From: Okamejei kenojei
Lineage: Eukaryota
Direction of reading: 5' to 3'
Assembly (NCBI GenBank): GCA_035221665.1
Contig: CM069135.1
Coordinates: 23,064,001 to 23,128,000 of the forward strand
DNA length: 64,000 nt
The notes below the pieces were generated by a model. That model worked only from the letters and a program-made list of their open reading frames with translations, did no database searches and was not told where the DNA came from. A program made the translations under genes and the position numbers. Positions 63,231-64,000 of the stretch are shown one piece after another. The stretch's first letter is position 1; each line of letters begins with the position of its first letter.

Positions 63231-63597
63231 TGGTCATGCCGGATGTGATGGGCCGAATGGCCTAATTCTACTACTATCACTTATGATCTCATGATGACAA
63301 AGGGGGAACGAGCAGACTTCACACATTGTCTGAATTGAATCCAGGTTTCTGGTGCTGTGCTCTACCAGCCGCACCGCTGTGAAGCCCTCAACCTGATTTA
63401 TCCACCTGAAGGGATTCCACGCAACTTGTTCTGCACTCCAGCTCTTTTATCACCATGCGTATATATCATCCGGCTCCATTTTTTTTCTACTCAGCTTTCT
63501 TGCCTCTAAAAAATATCACTGTTCTTCCCTTGACCATGTCATGTGCTGGAAGTTTCAACTTGTAATGATGGATGCTGGGAGAGGAAGGATGCTGGGA

Positions 63598-63903
63598 GAG
63601 ACACGGTGGCACAGCGTTAGAGTTCCTGCCTGACAGAGACCCGGGTTCCATCCTGACTATGGGTGCTGTCTATGTGGAGTTAGCACCGCATGTGTTTTCC
63701 CTGTGACTGCATGTGTTTTCTTTGGGTCCTCCCACACTCCAAAGACGTGCAGATTTGTAGGCTAAACAGCTTCTGTGAATTTTAAATTGTCCCGAGTGTG
63801 TGGGATAGTGTTAGTGTCCGGGATGGTCGCTGGTCAGCGCAGACTCGGTGGGCCGGAGAGCCTGTTTCCACACTGTAAATCTAAAGTCTAAAGTAAAGTC
63901 TAG
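63598..63903 (+). mobile_element. HE1-type SINE
   Basis: Family head, core and tail, ending in (aaagtct)n. Confidence 0.78.
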
Positions 63904-64000
63904 AAATCAGGAGTGATAATAAGAGGCTCTGAGATAGCTTCTGGCAGCAAACATAGAAACATAGAAATTAGGTGCAGGAGCAGGCCATTCCGGCCCTTCG

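Overview
Vertebrate genomic DNA, almost certainly an elasmobranch (skate/ray/shark), judged from abundant HE1-type V-SINEs and HER1/CR1 LINE tails. The whole window is the interior of one + strand spectraplakin gene, most likely dystonin (DST/BPAG1); MACF1 cannot be fully excluded. I traced 24 coding exons with consistent splice phases. In order they are: the end of the plakin domain (8 exons); a BPAG1e-type cassette (coiled-coil rod exon plus terminal plakin-repeat exon with its own stop); three linker exons; a 7.9-kb giant plectin-repeat exon with four downstream b-isoform exons (one using a GC donor); and the start of the spectrin-repeat rod. The most notable gene feature is that a DST-like plakin domain and a BPAG1e cassette co-occur with a second plectin-repeat cluster that I know only from mammalian MACF1b. 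Introns hold SINEs, CR1 and Rex/L2 fragments, PIF/Harbinger and hAT MITEs, a non-autonomous Helitron, and many Penelope-derived inverted repeats carrying minimal hammerhead-ribozyme cores. Comparisons with human proteins are from memory, not from alignments, and repeat boundaries are approximate.
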